Positions 40,946-51,492 of a stretch of DNA of 64,000 nucleotides are shown here, piece by piece. Position 1 is the stretch's first letter; every line of letters begins with the position of its first letter. Position numbers and translations under genes: made by a program. The stretch is from Spirochaetota bacterium (GTDB lineage Bacteria; Spirochaetota; UBA4802; JAFGJZ01), in contig DAOPBR010000002.1 in assembly GCA_035395685.1 (NCBI GenBank), positions 84,488 through 148,487 on the forward strand, in the 5' to 3' direction. The notes below the pieces were generated by a model, which made no database searches, was not told the DNA's origin, and worked only from the letters and a program-made list of their open reading frames with translations.

Positions 40946-42363
40946 AAACTTATTCCTCCTCCGAAACCGATCAAAAGCTCCTGATGATCTTCGTGACGGT
41001 CGACTATTTCAAGAATCAATTTCTGATAAAGATATGTCTTTGAATCTATTTTTTCGGAAGCTCCCATACGGATTATATTGCTTCTTGAACGCTGTCCCGA
41101 AAAATAAGAAGGGTCTTTCGATGAATCAAATCCGAGAAATCCCTGACCATTAAATGTTTTATATGGTTCATCTTCATTAAGTTTTCTTAGATTAATTCTT
41201 TTCGCATATTCGATATAAATAGAACCGCCTTTCATAAATTTTCCGGATTTATAATCAAGAGATAAGCCTATTGCAATTTCAAAATAACCCCAATAATGAG
41301 ATTGAACTGCATCATGATCAAAAACATAAAAATCGTACTCGGAAATTCTCGAATAATACCTGAGAGCCTTATGAACAGTATACGAATACGAAAACTCATA
41401 CATTCCGCAGTCAAGCGTTCTGCCGTCAGAAAATTTTTCCGTATCACGCAAAAATAGTCTGGGATAAAGGCGCACATTTGTCTCGGATTTTTCGTTGGCA
41501 TACGACATCAGTATTCCCATTTTGCAGTCATTGAGACTCTCAGAACTTCCAAAAACAAAATCATCCGTATAATGAGTAAACCAGAGACCGCATCCCAATG
41601 AAAAGGAACCGATCGAAAACATTCCTTCAAGAAATTCGTGCTGTGAAACAGCACGGTCAACAGCTGCCCCCCAGTGAGGATTTTCAGCCCTCATACTGAA
41701 CGTAAAAAAATCATTCGGACGGAACCACATATTCAGCGAGAAAGGTAAATTTATTGTTTTGGATTCTGATTTAATATAATACGGTCTTCCGCCTCTGACA
41801 TTTCTGCCGTAACGCAAATTGAGATCGAATGATAATCCGAAAAATTCAAACCCGTTATTAGTCTCAGCCGATTCTGCCTGCGGTGCTTCATCAGATTCTA
41901 TCTCTTCATTTGTAACTTTTTCGGGTTCAGATGATTTCGCCAGAAGATTAAGCCTGTAAGCCTCAGGAAGCCACTCATTCAGATACGGAACGCGCGGATT
42001 TATCTCAGCGGCTTTTTCTCCAAGTTCAACGGCTTTTTCATATTCGCCTTTTTTGTAGTGATGATAACCCAGTCTTTCAATCGAATCAGCCTGGGAAGGA
42101 TTTCTTTCAAGTGCCTTTTCGTAGAACCTTACAGCTTCTTCATTTTTTCCCTGAAGCTCCAGAGCCCATGCCTTATTATGATAATATTTGGCGCCTTCTT
42201 TGTTATACATTTCCGATGCTTCGGCGAATTCCTTCATCGCCTCGTCATATTTGCTCTGCTTGCCGAGCTCGGCACCCCTTCTGTTGATTTCCTGAGGAGT
42301 GTCCGCATAAAGAACGGGAAAAACAGTTATAGACAAAGATAGAATTAAAACAAGTCCGCGCAT
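40942..42363 (-). CDS. Secreted TPR-repeat protein with a C-terminal putative beta-barrel domain (paralogue B)
   Basis: Same architecture as paralogue A and co-linear with it (..AKYYHNKAWALELQGKNEEAVRFYEKALERNPS..; ends ..GFGGGISL). 4-bp overlap with paralogue A. The start is reassigned to ATG 42363, preceded by GGAG. Confidence 0.5.
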   Translation of the reverse strand: MRGLVLILSLSITVFPVLYADTPQEINRRGAELGKQSKYDEAMKEFAEASEMYNKEGAKYYHNKAWALELQGKNEEAVRFYEKALERNPSQADSIERLGYHHYKKGEYEKAVELGEKAAEINPRVPYLNEWLPEAYRLNLLAKSSEPEKVTNEEIESDEAPQAESAETNNGFEFFGLSFDLNLRYGRNVRGGRPYYIKSESKTINLPFSLNMWFRPNDFFTFSMRAENPHWGAAVDRAVSQHEFLEGMFSIGSFSLGCGLWFTHYTDDFVFGSSESLNDCKMGILMSYANEKSETNVRLYPRLFLRDTEKFSDGRTLDCGMYEFSYSYTVHKALRYYSRISEYDFYVFDHDAVQSHYWGYFEIAIGLSLDYKSGKFMKGGSIYIEYAKRINLRKLNEDEPYKTFNGQGFLGFDSSKDPSYFSGQRSRSNIIRMGASEKIDSKTYLYQKLILEIVDRHEDHQELLIGFGGGISL

Positions 42364-42449
42364 AATACTCCAGATAAAACAAGGCTCATAGCATTTTCGC
42401 ACTATTCGGAACATTTATAAAGAAATAAATATAAACACAGTCAGTTTTA

Positions 42450-43622
42450 TTATATCATTGATTCAATCATCGCCGCGAAATCAGCCGCAGAAGCCTTTAC
42501 CGGAGAATTCTTGCTTTCGGATGATTCTGCGATTTTAACGGCAGTCTGTGAGTCTATACCGAATGCTGAAAGTTTCGGAATCCCGGCTGTTTTAACTATT
42601 TTCTCAAGCCGGTCGATAAATTTCCGCGCACATGACATATCTTCATGTGAATGAGCTTCGGCCGAAATACATCCGATCATAGACATCTTCTTTACATAAG
42701 ATGAATATTTTTTATTATCTTCTGAAAACTTTTCAAGACTGTATCTTAGTGTCGGCACTATCATATTCGCGCACGCTATTCCGTGAGGGATATCCGTGAA
42801 TCCGCCCATGGGACCCGCAACACCATGGCAAAGCCCCAGACCTGCATTTGCAAGGGTAACACCCGAGATATAAGCGCAATATGCTAGCGATGAACGGATA
42901 CCGATATCAATAATTTCACCCTGTGAAATTTTTTCCAGGGATTCAAGAGCTTTGTTAATGGAAGGCAGCGCAAGTGAATCCGTAAATATATTCGATTTAT
43001 CCGACAGATAAGACTCGATGAGCTGTGAAAAAGCATCCAGCGCGCAGTAAGCAGTTGTTGCCGGCGGAAGTGTTGACGACAAAGCCGGATCAATGAGAGC
43101 AACATCCGGCACGAATAAGTCATGGCGTAAAGATTTCTTAAATCCGTGTTCCCCTCTTTCTGTTATAACGGCATTCTTGGTAGCTTCGCTTCCCGTTCCT
43201 GCCGTAGTCGGAAGAGCTATAAACGGAAGTTTTCTGCCCGATGGTTTGTGTTTCCCGACACCTTCGAGATAGTCGGTAACACTACCCGTTTCTTTAAGCA
43301 TACAGCTGATCGCCTTGCCGGCATCAATGGAACTTCCGCCTCCTATTGCAACAACACAGTCTATTCCGTGTTTGGAATGAATGGAAACAGCTTCATCTAT
43401 TATTGACGGCGATGGTTCGGCTGCAACACGGTAGAAATAAAGCTCAATCCCCTTTGCGGCAGAGTGTTCCATTAGAATTTGAAGATTACCGGATTTCTCG
43501 AAAGAAATACCGCCGGTAATAACCAGCGCACGTTTGCCGTAGCGCAGAATAAGATCGGTAAGAAAAGGAAACTTTCCCGCACCGAAATAGAGTTCAGGCA
43601 TTTTTGAAACAGAAAAATTCAT
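42450..43622 (-). CDS. Iron-containing (class III) alcohol dehydrogenase
   Basis: GGGSSIDAGKAI motif and metal-binding His pattern (..CHGVAG..). Confidence 0.85.
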   Translation of the reverse strand: MNFSVSKMPELYFGAGKFPFLTDLILRYGKRALVITGGISFEKSGNLQILMEHSAAKGIELYFYRVAAEPSPSIIDEAVSIHSKHGIDCVVAIGGGSSIDAGKAISCMLKETGSVTDYLEGVGKHKPSGRKLPFIALPTTAGTGSEATKNAVITERGEHGFKKSLRHDLFVPDVALIDPALSSTLPPATTAYCALDAFSQLIESYLSDKSNIFTDSLALPSINKALESLEKISQGEIIDIGIRSSLAYCAYISGVTLANAGLGLCHGVAGPMGGFTDIPHGIACANMIVPTLRYSLEKFSEDNKKYSSYVKKMSMIGCISAEAHSHEDMSCARKFIDRLEKIVKTAGIPKLSAFGIDSQTAVKIAESSESKNSPVKASAADFAAMIESMI

Positions 43623-43930
43623 TTCCAGCCCTTTTTATCAGAAGGCATTATTACCGAATGCGATACGCCTTCACGCGGTTTTTCCATCCAGGGAGCAACC
43701 GCATCACGCCATTTTAGATAATGGGCGGTTTCCTTATGTTTCGCCGCTGCGGCTTCCGATTCATACGCTTCATATAATGTAAAGCGGCACGGATCGGAAT
43801 TATTCTGAAGCACATCAAAGCGGAGATTACCATCCTCCATTACCGAATGAGTGTGGTTTTCAACAGTTGCATTTATAAAATCGTCCAAATGGTCTTTTTT
43901 AACCCAGACATTTACCAGTGTAACAATCAT
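43619..43930 (-). CDS. Antibiotic-biosynthesis-monooxygenase (ABM) domain protein
   Basis: About 100-aa ferredoxin-like ABM pattern (..FDVLQNNSDPCRFTLYEAYESEAAAAKHKETAHY..). The start is reassigned to ATG 43930, preceded by GGAGGA. Confidence 0.7.
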   Translation of the reverse strand: MIVTLVNVWVKKDHLDDFINATVENHTHSVMEDGNLRFDVLQNNSDPCRFTLYEAYESEAAAAKHKETAHYLKWRDAVAPWMEKPREGVSHSVIMPSDKKGWK

Positions 43931-44113
43931 TGTTCCTCCGAAACTAATAGATAATGATTTTATTTCATACGCTGATATAATCAAATCATTTTTATGCTCT
44001 TTTCATCATTAACCGGATTTTCAAACAGGAGTGCAATTCCGGAATACGAAATATTTATTGACGAAAAGACGCTTTTTAAGGAATCTCAATATCTGCAATA
44101 AACGGGGGAACTA

Positions 44114-46069
44114 ATGAACAAAATCTTCAAGCGTACCGCTTCGATAACACTTTTCACTCTGCTGTTTGTTTTCGGCTGCGGATCACGCACCGAAAAACTC
44201 AATCAGGGTGATATTATGCCGCTGATGAACCGCATTCTTTCGATGCACGTTTCCCAGCACAGTTTCAATGATGAAATTTCGGAACGCACACTGAATCTAA
44301 TGCTTTCATATCTTGATTCATCTAAGCTCTATTTCCACCAGTCGGATGTAGACGAATTTATGAAAGATAAAAATAATCTCGATGACTTCACTGCTTCAAG
44401 AGATTATACGTTTTTAAACAAGATTTTCGGTACATTCGTAAAAAGATTTTCCGAACGTATGAAATATTTTGACGAGCTCGTGAAAGCCGATCACAATTTC
44501 GATGTCGATGAGTATATCGACCTAGACCGCGAAAAGCTTCTCTATTGCTCGGATGAAAAAGAACTCAATGAAAGATGGCGCATTTTCGTCAAATATCAGC
44601 TTCTCAACTACATGAAAACAGGAAAGAATCTTGATGAGGCGAGAGAGAAGCTCTCTAAAAAGTATAATACAGTAAAAAAAGAAAACGAAGTCTTCTCAAA
44701 AGACAGGATTTTTTCGATTTATTTAAACATGTTCTGTATGGCTCTCGATCCGCACACGAACTATCTGACGCCTGAAGAATTTCAGGATTTCAGAATATCC
44801 ATGGAACTTCAGCTCTCTGGAATAGGTGCGGTTTTGAGATCAGAAGACGGATTCGTTTTTGTAGAATCCATCATTAAGGGCGGACCCGCATCTAAGCTTC
44901 CGGAGCCGACAGCACTTAAGGTAAATGATAAAATTATCGCTGTGGCACAGGGAAGCGACGAACCTGAAGAAGTTATAGACATTCCTCTTTCAAAGGCTGT
45001 GAGCAAGATAAGGGGAAAGAAAGGAACTAAAGTTGTTCTAACCGTCGTAAGAACAGATCCTGGAACAAAACAGGAAAAAACTGTTATCATTCCGATAGTC
45101 AGAGACACGGTTGCACTTAAAGACAAAGAAATCAAATATGATGTTTATAACGGCAAAAACGGAAAAATCGGATACATCAAGTTTCCTGAATTTTACGCAC
45201 CGGTAAAAGAAGGAAGCAAATACTGTTCACAGGATTTGTATAATGCTCTCGTTGAACTTCAGAAAAATAAAGTCAGCGGAATAGTAGTCGATCTCAGAGG
45301 CAATCCCGGCGGATCTCTCGCCGAGGCTGTAAGAGCTGTCGGGCTTTTCATAAAGAGCGGTCCGGTTCTTCAGGTAAAATACAGCGACAATATCGATATT
45401 CATAAAGATGAAGATTCGAATATTTACTATGACGGTCCTCTAACCGTGCTAATAGACAAAGGAAGCGCGAGTGCGTCTGAAATTTTCGCAGGCGCGATAA
45501 AAGACTACGGCCGCGGAATAATCCTCGGTTCATCAAGAACTTTCGGCAAAGGAACAGTTCAGGATTTAAGAAGCTTTGATTCAACCGGGGCGATTAAAGT
45601 TACCATTCAGATTTTTTATCAGCCTTCAGGAACTTCAAACAACTTAAACGGAATCGAAGCCGACATTAAGATTCCGGATCTCATGGAAGTATTTGATTTC
45701 GACGAAAGCAAGATGAAATATCCTCTCGCTTGGCAGCCGATAAAAAAAGCCGAATACCGTTCGGTGGCGAACAAATATCTCACTCCGGCAACTCTTTCGA
45801 TGCTGAAGAGAAATTCAGAAAGAAGAATCAAATCTGATAAGGAATTTCAGGATCTGAACAAGAAAATTGAAGAGTACAAAGCAGTTCTCTCAGCAAAAAG
45901 AGTCAGCCTGAAAAAAGATGCAAAAGCAGAAGCTGTTGAAGATGATATCAGAAAGATCTCTGAAGACAAAAGCAAGGATGAAAAAGTGTTCGACGTAACA
46001 AAGGACATTTTTCTCCGCGAAGCCTTTACAATCACCGAAGATTATGCTAAAATGCTCGGAGCAAAATAA
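44114..46069 (+). CDS. C-terminal processing (S41, Tsp/CtpA-like) protease with a PDZ domain
   Basis: VVDLRGNPGGSLAEAV (S41 catalytic Ser region), ..DKGSASASEIFAGA.. (Lys region), and a PDZ-like segment. Signal peptide/lipobox (FVFGCGS). Confidence 0.85.
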   Translation: MNKIFKRTASITLFTLLFVFGCGSRTEKLNQGDIMPLMNRILSMHVSQHSFNDEISERTLNLMLSYLDSSKLYFHQSDVDEFMKDKNNLDDFTASRDYTFLNKIFGTFVKRFSERMKYFDELVKADHNFDVDEYIDLDREKLLYCSDEKELNERWRIFVKYQLLNYMKTGKNLDEAREKLSKKYNTVKKENEVFSKDRIFSIYLNMFCMALDPHTNYLTPEEFQDFRISMELQLSGIGAVLRSEDGFVFVESIIKGGPASKLPEPTALKVNDKIIAVAQGSDEPEEVIDIPLSKAVSKIRGKKGTKVVLTVVRTDPGTKQEKTVIIPIVRDTVALKDKEIKYDVYNGKNGKIGYIKFPEFYAPVKEGSKYCSQDLYNALVELQKNKVSGIVVDLRGNPGGSLAEAVRAVGLFIKSGPVLQVKYSDNIDIHKDEDSNIYYDGPLTVLIDKGSASASEIFAGAIKDYGRGIILGSSRTFGKGTVQDLRSFDSTGAIKVTIQIFYQPSGTSNNLNGIEADIKIPDLMEVFDFDESKMKYPLAWQPIKKAEYRSVANKYLTPATLSMLKRNSERRIKSDKEFQDLNKKIEEYKAVLSAKRVSLKKDAKAEAVEDDIRKISEDKSKDEKVFDVTKDIFLREAFTITEDYAKMLGAK

Positions 46070-46079
46070 TAAACACTAT

Positions 46080-46103
46080 CACAGACGGCTCAACCCGTCT
46101 GTG
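46080..46103 (+). terminator. Hairpin (cacagacgg-ctcaac-ccgtctgtg) downstream of the protease gene; weak terminator candidate
   Basis: 9-bp perfect stem. The T-run is poor (ATTATAAAA). Confidence 0.35.
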
Positions 46104-46122
46104 ATTATAAAAGGGTAAATAT

Positions 46123-47106
46123 ATGCCTCCTAAAAAAACAGTTAAAAAGAAAACATATCTTTCGGTTGTTCTTCCTGTTTATAATGAAGAAGAAAATATC
46201 GAAATGCAGTATCAGAAGATCAGAGAAAACCTGAATGCGATTAAAAAAACTTATGAAGTAATTTTCGTGGACGACGGAAGCCGCGACAACTCATATTCAA
46301 TTCTTTCAAAAATTGCGGCAAAAGACAAAAACGTAAAACTAGTGAAGTTCAGACGCAATTTCGGTCAGACTGCGGCTATGGCAGCCGGAATTGATTATTC
46401 CGAAGGTGAAATAATAGTATTTATGGATTCGGATCTGCAGAATGATCCGTCTGACATAAAGACTGTTCTTGAAAAAATTGAAGAAGGCTACGATGTCGTA
46501 AGCGGTTGGAGAAAATTCCGCAAAGACAAAATGATTTCTAGAAAGATTCCTTCAAAAATCGCAAACCGCCTGATAGCGAAAGTCAGCGGCGTACCTCTGC
46601 ACGATCTGGGATGCTCGCTCAAAGGATACCGCGCTGAAGTTCTGAAAAAAGTGCGTCTATACGGCGAAATGCACCGCTTCATTCCGATTCATGCTTCTTG
46701 GGTCGGCGCGAAAATAATTGAAATTCCGGTTAAACACCACGCGCGTCAGTTCGGAAAATCAAAATACGGAATACAAAGAACTCTCAAGGTTCTTCTTGAT
46801 CTCATAACAGTCAAATTTATGAGTTCATACGCAACCAAGCCGATTTATCTCTACGGAGGAGTTGCACTTGGAGTATTTCTTCTCAGCATCATGTCGCTTG
46901 CCGGAACAATTCTCATGAAATATTTCAAGGGAATGAATATGACGGGGAATCCCCTTCTTATGCTTTCGTCGATTCTCTTTCTTCTCAGTGTAATAATGAT
47001 TCTGATGGGAATTCAGGCGGAAATTCTTATCCGCATTTATCACGAAACTGAAGGAAAAGAACTCTACTACGTAAAAGAAACCGCTAATATCAAAGAAAAG
47101 AATTAA
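46123..47106 (+). CDS. Family-2 glycosyltransferase (polyprenyl-phosphate glycosyltransferase, DPM1/ArnC-like) with C-terminal TM helices
   Basis: LSVVLPVYNEEENI..FVDDGSRDNS..DSDLQNDP (DxD). Two C-terminal TM segments. Confidence 0.85.
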   Translation: MPPKKTVKKKTYLSVVLPVYNEEENIEMQYQKIRENLNAIKKTYEVIFVDDGSRDNSYSILSKIAAKDKNVKLVKFRRNFGQTAAMAAGIDYSEGEIIVFMDSDLQNDPSDIKTVLEKIEEGYDVVSGWRKFRKDKMISRKIPSKIANRLIAKVSGVPLHDLGCSLKGYRAEVLKKVRLYGEMHRFIPIHASWVGAKIIEIPVKHHARQFGKSKYGIQRTLKVLLDLITVKFMSSYATKPIYLYGGVALGVFLLSIMSLAGTILMKYFKGMNMTGNPLLMLSSILFLLSVIMILMGIQAEILIRIYHETEGKELYYVKETANIKEKN

Positions 47107-47807
47107 TTGCTTCTCATGGTCTTATTCCTGAATTCTTCAGGAGTAAGACCTGTATATTTTTTAAATGTTCTGTTAAAATGACTCTGATCGCAAAAACCGC
47201 AGTCAAATGCGGTCTCAATAAGACTTCTGCCGTCAAGCATCATTGCTTTTGCTTTGCGAATACGCACAAGAATGTGATATACTGAAGGCGTAACGCCGAA
47301 ATCTTTCCTGAAAGAACGCAGTACGGAATATTTTGATTGTCCGTAAACGCTAACATCTTCAAGCGTATTTTTTTCTGAATAATTTTCACTGATTATATTC
47401 CGGATTCTTTCACAATCCGTTTCCGCAAACTGAAAAGACGGCTCAGCCTGTTCCATCAATATCTTCTCGATGAGTCCGGTATCAGGTATATTATTCTTAT
47501 AGACTGAAGGATATTGCCGGGCAATATCCTTCAGTATCAGATACTTCTTACGAGTCCGGCATAATGCATCCGCATTTTGCGCAAAGGTTATAACAGCGAT
47601 TGAAGCATCATCAAACGTCCTCGCTCTATGCGGAGTATAAGGAAAAATTATATAAGCATCACCGGAAGAAAGTTCATAAGATTCCTCTTCAAAAGAAAGA
47701 CGCACTCTCCCGGATGAAACAAATCCGGCGATTATTCTTTCGTGTATATGAAGCGGAAAAGAATGATCTTTTCTCGATAAATAAACTTCTTCCTTCCTGA
47801 GACTCAT
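47103..47807 (-). CDS. AraC-family transcriptional regulator (cupin N-domain plus HTH)
   Basis: C-terminal AraC HTH (..FDCGFCDQSHFNRTFKKYTGLTPEEFR). Confidence 0.85.
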   Translation of the reverse strand: MSLRKEEVYLSRKDHSFPLHIHERIIAGFVSSGRVRLSFEEESYELSSGDAYIIFPYTPHRARTFDDASIAVITFAQNADALCRTRKKYLILKDIARQYPSVYKNNIPDTGLIEKILMEQAEPSFQFAETDCERIRNIISENYSEKNTLEDVSVYGQSKYSVLRSFRKDFGVTPSVYHILVRIRKAKAMMLDGRSLIETAFDCGFCDQSHFNRTFKKYTGLTPEEFRNKTMRSN

Positions 47808-47812
47808 TTCTC

Positions 47813-48178
47813 CTAATTTAGGGGCGGAACAAATTTTGCAAGAAGTATTATACCGTCATGCCCTGCTTTTACTGAATGAAGAGTATCTTCAGGAATGAAA
47901 GCGGCGACACCCATTTCATAAGAGTATTCGATGCCGGCAAGATTAAAGATTCCGCTGCCGGCAAGCACTTCATGTGTTTCATTTTTCCCTTCATGCATAT
48001 GAGACTTAAGTTCAGCACCAGGTTCAAGACGTACTATATGACAGCTTATTTTCCCTCCGCTGTCTTTTGACGTGATGAGATTACGCATATAGACTCCGTC
48101 AAATGACGGATGCGGATTCCATGAATCATTTTCGTTCATGCCTGAAGATGTTATAATTTTTGATAAATCTGTTTTCAT
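47813..48178 (-). CDS. Cupin-domain protein
   Basis: HxH...E cupin motif (KSHMHEGKNETHEV). The start is reassigned to ATG 48178, preceded by AAAGGAG. Confidence 0.6.
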   Translation of the reverse strand: MKTDLSKIITSSGMNENDSWNPHPSFDGVYMRNLITSKDSGGKISCHIVRLEPGAELKSHMHEGKNETHEVLAGSGIFNLAGIEYSYEMGVAAFIPEDTLHSVKAGHDGIILLAKFVPPLN

Positions 48179-48278
48179 AAGTTTCTCCTTTTGATTGAAA
48201 AAACTTATAACTGCAGCAGTAAAATGTATTGGATTATATTGCAGAAACAAAAAAAGAACCGCTTACGCGATCCTTTTG

Positions 48279-48362
48279 TGCCCAGGACGAGATTCGAACT
48301 CGTACAGAAGAACTTCCGCTAGCCCCTCAAGCTAGTGTGTCTACCAATTCCACCACCTGGGC
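48279..48362 (-). tRNA. tRNA-Leu (anticodon GAG), type II with a long variable arm; CCA not encoded
   Basis: Reverse complement: GCCCAGG-TG-GTGG-AATTGGTAGA-CACA-CTAGC-TTGAGGG-GCTAG-(variable arm CGGAAGTTCTTCTGTACG)-AGTTCGAATCTCGT-CCTGGGC-A. Seven-bp acceptor stem, GAG anticodon in a 7-nt loop, TTCGAAT T-loop. Confidence 0.85.
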
Positions 48363-48405
48363 GATGGATACTTGATATAATTCAGTGCGTTTTCCGTCAA
48401 GAAAA

Positions 48406-48963
48406 TTATCGAATAATGCGGTGAATGAATTTGAAATCTTCACAGCCCGCGCGTTCTATAAGCATAAAAAGAATTGTCTCAGCCGGAAGAACTTTAACAC
48501 CTTCAGTAAGTAGTGATTTGAGAGCATACTCCATACTTTTTGAGTTTCTTGAAGCTACGGCATCTGCAACAACATAGGTTTCATAACCTTCAGCTAGAAA
48601 GGAAAGAGCCGTCTGATAAACGCATATGTGAGATTCAATGCCGCAGATAACGGCTTTTTTTCTATTGAGCTTTTTTACCGCGTCATTAATTGAACTCTCT
48701 TTGAGCGAATCAAAGTGAATTTTTTCCATAATGCGTACTTTGTCAAAACCCTCTGCGGTCTTTAATTTCTTTATCGTAGAACCTACACCGTTCGGATACT
48801 GTTCTGTCGCAATAACAGGAATATCGAATTTAGAATATGCAGTAACCATCATCTGAATGTTTGAAACAGCTTCCTGAAGATCAGGCTGACTCATTGCCGG
48901 AAGGAGTTTTTCCTGCATATCTATTATCATCAAAAAAGAATCTCTGAGCATGTCCCCTCTCAA
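48406..48963 (-). CDS. Isochorismatase-family cysteine hydrolase
   Basis: ..LMIIDMQEK.. and the conserved VICGIESHICV Cys region. The start Met is ambiguous (M1, M5 or M12). Confidence 0.75.
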   Translation of the reverse strand: MRGDMLRDSFLMIIDMQEKLLPAMSQPDLQEAVSNIQMMVTAYSKFDIPVIATEQYPNGVGSTIKKLKTAEGFDKVRIMEKIHFDSLKESSINDAVKKLNRKKAVICGIESHICVYQTALSFLAEGYETYVVADAVASRNSKSMEYALKSLLTEGVKVLPAETILFMLIERAGCEDFKFIHRIIR

Positions 48964-51492
48964 TTATTTAAGTAAGTCTTCGCCGATATTATCAAGAATC
49001 TTGTCGCCCTTCAAGGATTTTATTCCGCTGTTGATTTCGTTTTTATTCTGTTCAACAATACTTTCCTTAGGCCCTTTGATATTGAGATTATATCCGTTGT
49101 TTCTGTCTGCGCAGAATTTGCAGTCTTCTTTCGGAGTTTTTCCGGGAATAAAAACTTCTTTGATAATTTCCTTGCAGTCTGACGTCGGTTTCATTCCGCT
49201 GAAGGCGCAGACTTCCATTGACTCAAGTCCGGCAAACTCAGGGAAACCTGTAACAGGATAACGGCTCAAAGCCTGACGCATGTATCTGCCCCAAGTCGGT
49301 GCCGCGATTCCGCCCCCCGTCTGCCCTACACCGAGAGAAATACCCTGAGTGTCATAACCGAACCATATTGCGGTAGTAACTTCCGGAGTAAAGCCCACAA
49401 ACCACGCATCGCGCCATCCGCTCGTAGTTCCTGTTTTGCCGCACGCCGGACGTCCCGGATAAGCTCCGGCACCAGTTCCTGAATTGATGGTGCTTTGAAG
49501 CATGCTTATCATTATCTGTGAAGTCGCAGGCTCAAGAATCCGTCTGCGCTTTTCAAATTTCTTTTTCATCTCAGACTCGTAGTCTTTAATTATTTTCTTA
49601 TCGCGGTCTTTTATATATCTGATTCCGTAAGGAATAACTTCCATACCGCCGTTAGCTATAGCGCCGTAAGCGCATGTTATTTCAAGCGGAGTTACATCTA
49701 TTGAACCAAGTGCAATGGAGAAATTTCTCGGAATTCTTCTCTTCGCGCTTGATTTATCCATGCCGAAAAAAGACGCGTAATAATCCATTACATTCTGAAT
49801 GCCTATTGATTCGGCAAGCTTAACGGAAATTACGTTAATTGACATCGCAAGAGCGCGGCGAAGGGTCATCATGCCGTTATAGCCGCCCTCATAGTTTTCG
49901 GGAGTCCAGTCGCCGCCCTCATTATCCATATAAAATGCCGGCGAATCAAAGAAAGAAGATGCGGGCGAAAAATCACCTTTTTCAAAAGCTGCGGCATAAA
50001 GCAGAGGCTTGATTGAAGAACCCGGCTGACGGTACGACTGAACGGCGCGGTTCAGCTGATTTTGTCTTTCAAAAGTACTTCCCCCGATCATCGCTTCGAT
50101 ATATCCGTTAGACTGGTTGACTGAAATGAGAGCGCCCTGAACCTTCAAGAAATCCTTGTCCTGAAAGTTGTTGAACTTATACTCGGAAAAGGTTTCACCC
50201 ATATTGTCGCTTCCGAGAAAAAAGTTTATTATTTCTATTTCATCAAGCGCGTCCTGCTTGAAAGCGTCGTTTATTTTTTTGCCTTCAAGAGAACCCTTGT
50301 TTGATATTGAGTTCAGACCAAAAAGAAGTGTAAACATTTCCGCTTCTGCGGCAAACTGTTCTGTAATAACATCCTCTTTGAAAAAAAGGAGATTGGTTGA
50401 AACCGCGTTCTGCTGGCGTAAAGCGGAATCCATGACTTCATTAGCAGCTAACTGTTTATTAAGATCAAGCGTCGTATAAACCGAGAGCCCGCCGGAATAA
50501 AGTTCCTCCTCGCTCATTTCTTTGAGGAGCTGGCGTCGCACATATTCAGTAAACCATGGAGCCTTGTCAATACGTTCAGACCACGAACTTATGCTCGGAG
50601 AAACATCGCTTATTTCATAACTGTATTCCGGCCAGAACTCATTATAAGCATCTTCAGCTTCCTTGACAGTGATATAGCCGAGATCGGCCATTTTAGCGAG
50701 AGCAATGATATGCATCTGTCTGGAACGCTTGATATTTTTAATCGGCGAATAAAGGTTCGGCGCCGAAGGAAGAGTCGAGAGAAGAGCGCATTCCGCAAGA
50801 TTAAGATCCCTTACGTGTTTCTTAAAGTAAAGCTGTGAGGCCGCTTCGACGCCGTAGGTGTCGTGACCGAGAAAAATCTGATTAAGATACAGCTCCATGA
50901 TCTTGTCTTTATCATAAAAAGCTTCAATCATCAGAGCAAGAAAGACGTCTTTGATTTTTCTGAAAATGGTACGCTTGCCCGAAGTCATCAGAACCTTGGC
51001 AAGCTGCTGGGTTATTGTACTTCCGCCCTGCTTGATGCTGAATGACGAGATATTCACAAGCATAGCGCGGACAATCGCCTTGGGATTTATTCCTATATGA
51101 TCGTAGAAATCATTGTCTTCCATGGCAATGAAAGCGTTAACCAGATTTTTCGGCATATCTTTGTAAGGAACAACATCTCGCTTCTGGCGGAAAAGTTCAG
51201 AAATCAGAATTCCGTTTTTATCATAAAGCTTGGTAGTGGTTTCCGGCATGTATTCCGCAAGAGCGCGAACCTTCATAAAATCCATGACGAGAAATACGTT
51301 AAATATAAAAGCACCAGCGCTGAGCGCGATGATTATTCGGCGTTTATTTTTTTTGAAATTAAAATTGAGGACAAAACCAAGAACGGAAGCAAAAGTCGGA
51401 ATATGGATCTCGGGAAAATACAATCTCGTTAAAAACGAAGGAATCCGAATCATACTTAATTTCGCTTTGCCGCCGAATTTCCGACCAAACAT
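48964..51492 (-). CDS. Class A penicillin-binding protein (bifunctional glycosyltransferase GT51 plus transpeptidase), PBP1A-like
   Basis: GT51 motifs (AMEDNDFYDHIGINP..GGSTITQQLAK). Transpeptidase SSIKP (SxxK), SVN and KTGTT motifs. N-terminal TM anchor. Confidence 0.9.
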   Translation of the reverse strand: MFGRKFGGKAKLSMIRIPSFLTRLYFPEIHIPTFASVLGFVLNFNFKKNKRRIIIALSAGAFIFNVFLVMDFMKVRALAEYMPETTTKLYDKNGILISELFRQKRDVVPYKDMPKNLVNAFIAMEDNDFYDHIGINPKAIVRAMLVNISSFSIKQGGSTITQQLAKVLMTSGKRTIFRKIKDVFLALMIEAFYDKDKIMELYLNQIFLGHDTYGVEAASQLYFKKHVRDLNLAECALLSTLPSAPNLYSPIKNIKRSRQMHIIALAKMADLGYITVKEAEDAYNEFWPEYSYEISDVSPSISSWSERIDKAPWFTEYVRRQLLKEMSEEELYSGGLSVYTTLDLNKQLAANEVMDSALRQQNAVSTNLLFFKEDVITEQFAAEAEMFTLLFGLNSISNKGSLEGKKINDAFKQDALDEIEIINFFLGSDNMGETFSEYKFNNFQDKDFLKVQGALISVNQSNGYIEAMIGGSTFERQNQLNRAVQSYRQPGSSIKPLLYAAAFEKGDFSPASSFFDSPAFYMDNEGGDWTPENYEGGYNGMMTLRRALAMSINVISVKLAESIGIQNVMDYYASFFGMDKSSAKRRIPRNFSIALGSIDVTPLEITCAYGAIANGGMEVIPYGIRYIKDRDKKIIKDYESEMKKKFEKRRRILEPATSQIMISMLQSTINSGTGAGAYPGRPACGKTGTTSGWRDAWFVGFTPEVTTAIWFGYDTQGISLGVGQTGGGIAAPTWGRYMRQALSRYPVTGFPEFAGLESMEVCAFSGMKPTSDCKEIIKEVFIPGKTPKEDCKFCADRNNGYNLNIKGPKESIVEQNKNEINSGIKSLKGDKILDNIGEDLLK

